A stretch of 64,000 nucleotides of DNA from positions 31,062,001 through 31,126,000 of the forward strand of contig CM097888.1 of assembly GCA_044892525.1 (NCBI GenBank), given 5' to 3'. Source of the stretch: Schmidtea polychroa. Taxonomy: Eukaryota. Of this stretch, positions 63,557 through 64,000 are shown one piece after another. The translations under genes were made by a program, and so were the position numbers. The notes under the pieces were generated by a model. That model searched no databases, was not told where the DNA came from, and saw only the letters and a list, made by a program, of their open reading frames with translations. Positions within the stretch are counted from its first letter, which is position 1. Each line of letters begins with the position of its first letter.

Positions 63557-64000
63557 TTAATAAAAAAACCCAAAGGAAAACCTTTCAAATATAATAATGC
63601 ATAAATAAGGAATTCAACAAGCATCATCAAACAACAGCGTACGTTCATACAATTATTTTGTTGATAATATTAATTAATTTAGTTGATCACTTTAATTAAT
63701 TAACTTAATTATATTGTCACATCAACTAAATGGAAAATTTTGAGACCTAAGTTTTTATATACTTGAAGTTTCCTGTAAATGAGGCATACAATACTAAATA
63801 AAGGCTGAAAATATAACTCTTTTTTTATAAAAAAGTATCAACTGTATCGATCAATTTTAAAAGTTAAGTTTTAAGGGGCCTCTTTCTTGTAGTTCAGAGT
63901 CGACACTAATCTTAAAATATGCAAAGACTAACTTAGGGACAAAATTGGTCTAGTTGCGAATCAAATTAATCATATAAATGATTACATGGGTAATTGTGGT

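Overview
This is strongly AT-rich animal-type genomic DNA with GT-AG introns as short as 43-79 nt and four N gaps. It is not prokaryotic. A triclad-flatworm-like origin is a guess only. I can support three host genes: a 5'-incomplete SLC35F5-like transporter (-, 49080-59918), a secreted tandem fucolectin/F5-8-like gene (-, 40251-44490) and an intronless CD20/MS4A-like four-TM gene (+, 45092-45709). There are also decayed USP25/28-like pseudogene pieces. Most of the rest is nested transposons (hAT, piggyBac, Tc1, pogo/Tigger, MULE, Merlin, Gypsy). The most striking signal is a family of giant LTRs with TGTTGGGC...CCCA(C/A)CA ends and 4-bp TSDs. Four copies are present: 5412-11811 (-), 16776-21867 (+, 5.1-kb solo LTR), ~32700-34306 (+, 5'-truncated) and 57457-58373 (+, 0.9 kb). 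The three longer copies carry protein ORFs inside the LTR (an AT-hook-like ORF and/or a coiled-coil 'LEGTWF.P' ORF). All four end in a ~200-nt RNA structure showing compensatory base changes. The presumed internal region next to copy 1 holds coiled-coil/TM ORFs and a DEDDh exonuclease. Separately, a recent RT-less Gypsy element (8755-10890) has a primer-binding-site position complementary to the 5' end, not the 3' end, of tRNA-Lys(UUU). All homology calls come from reading motifs by eye; no database search was run.
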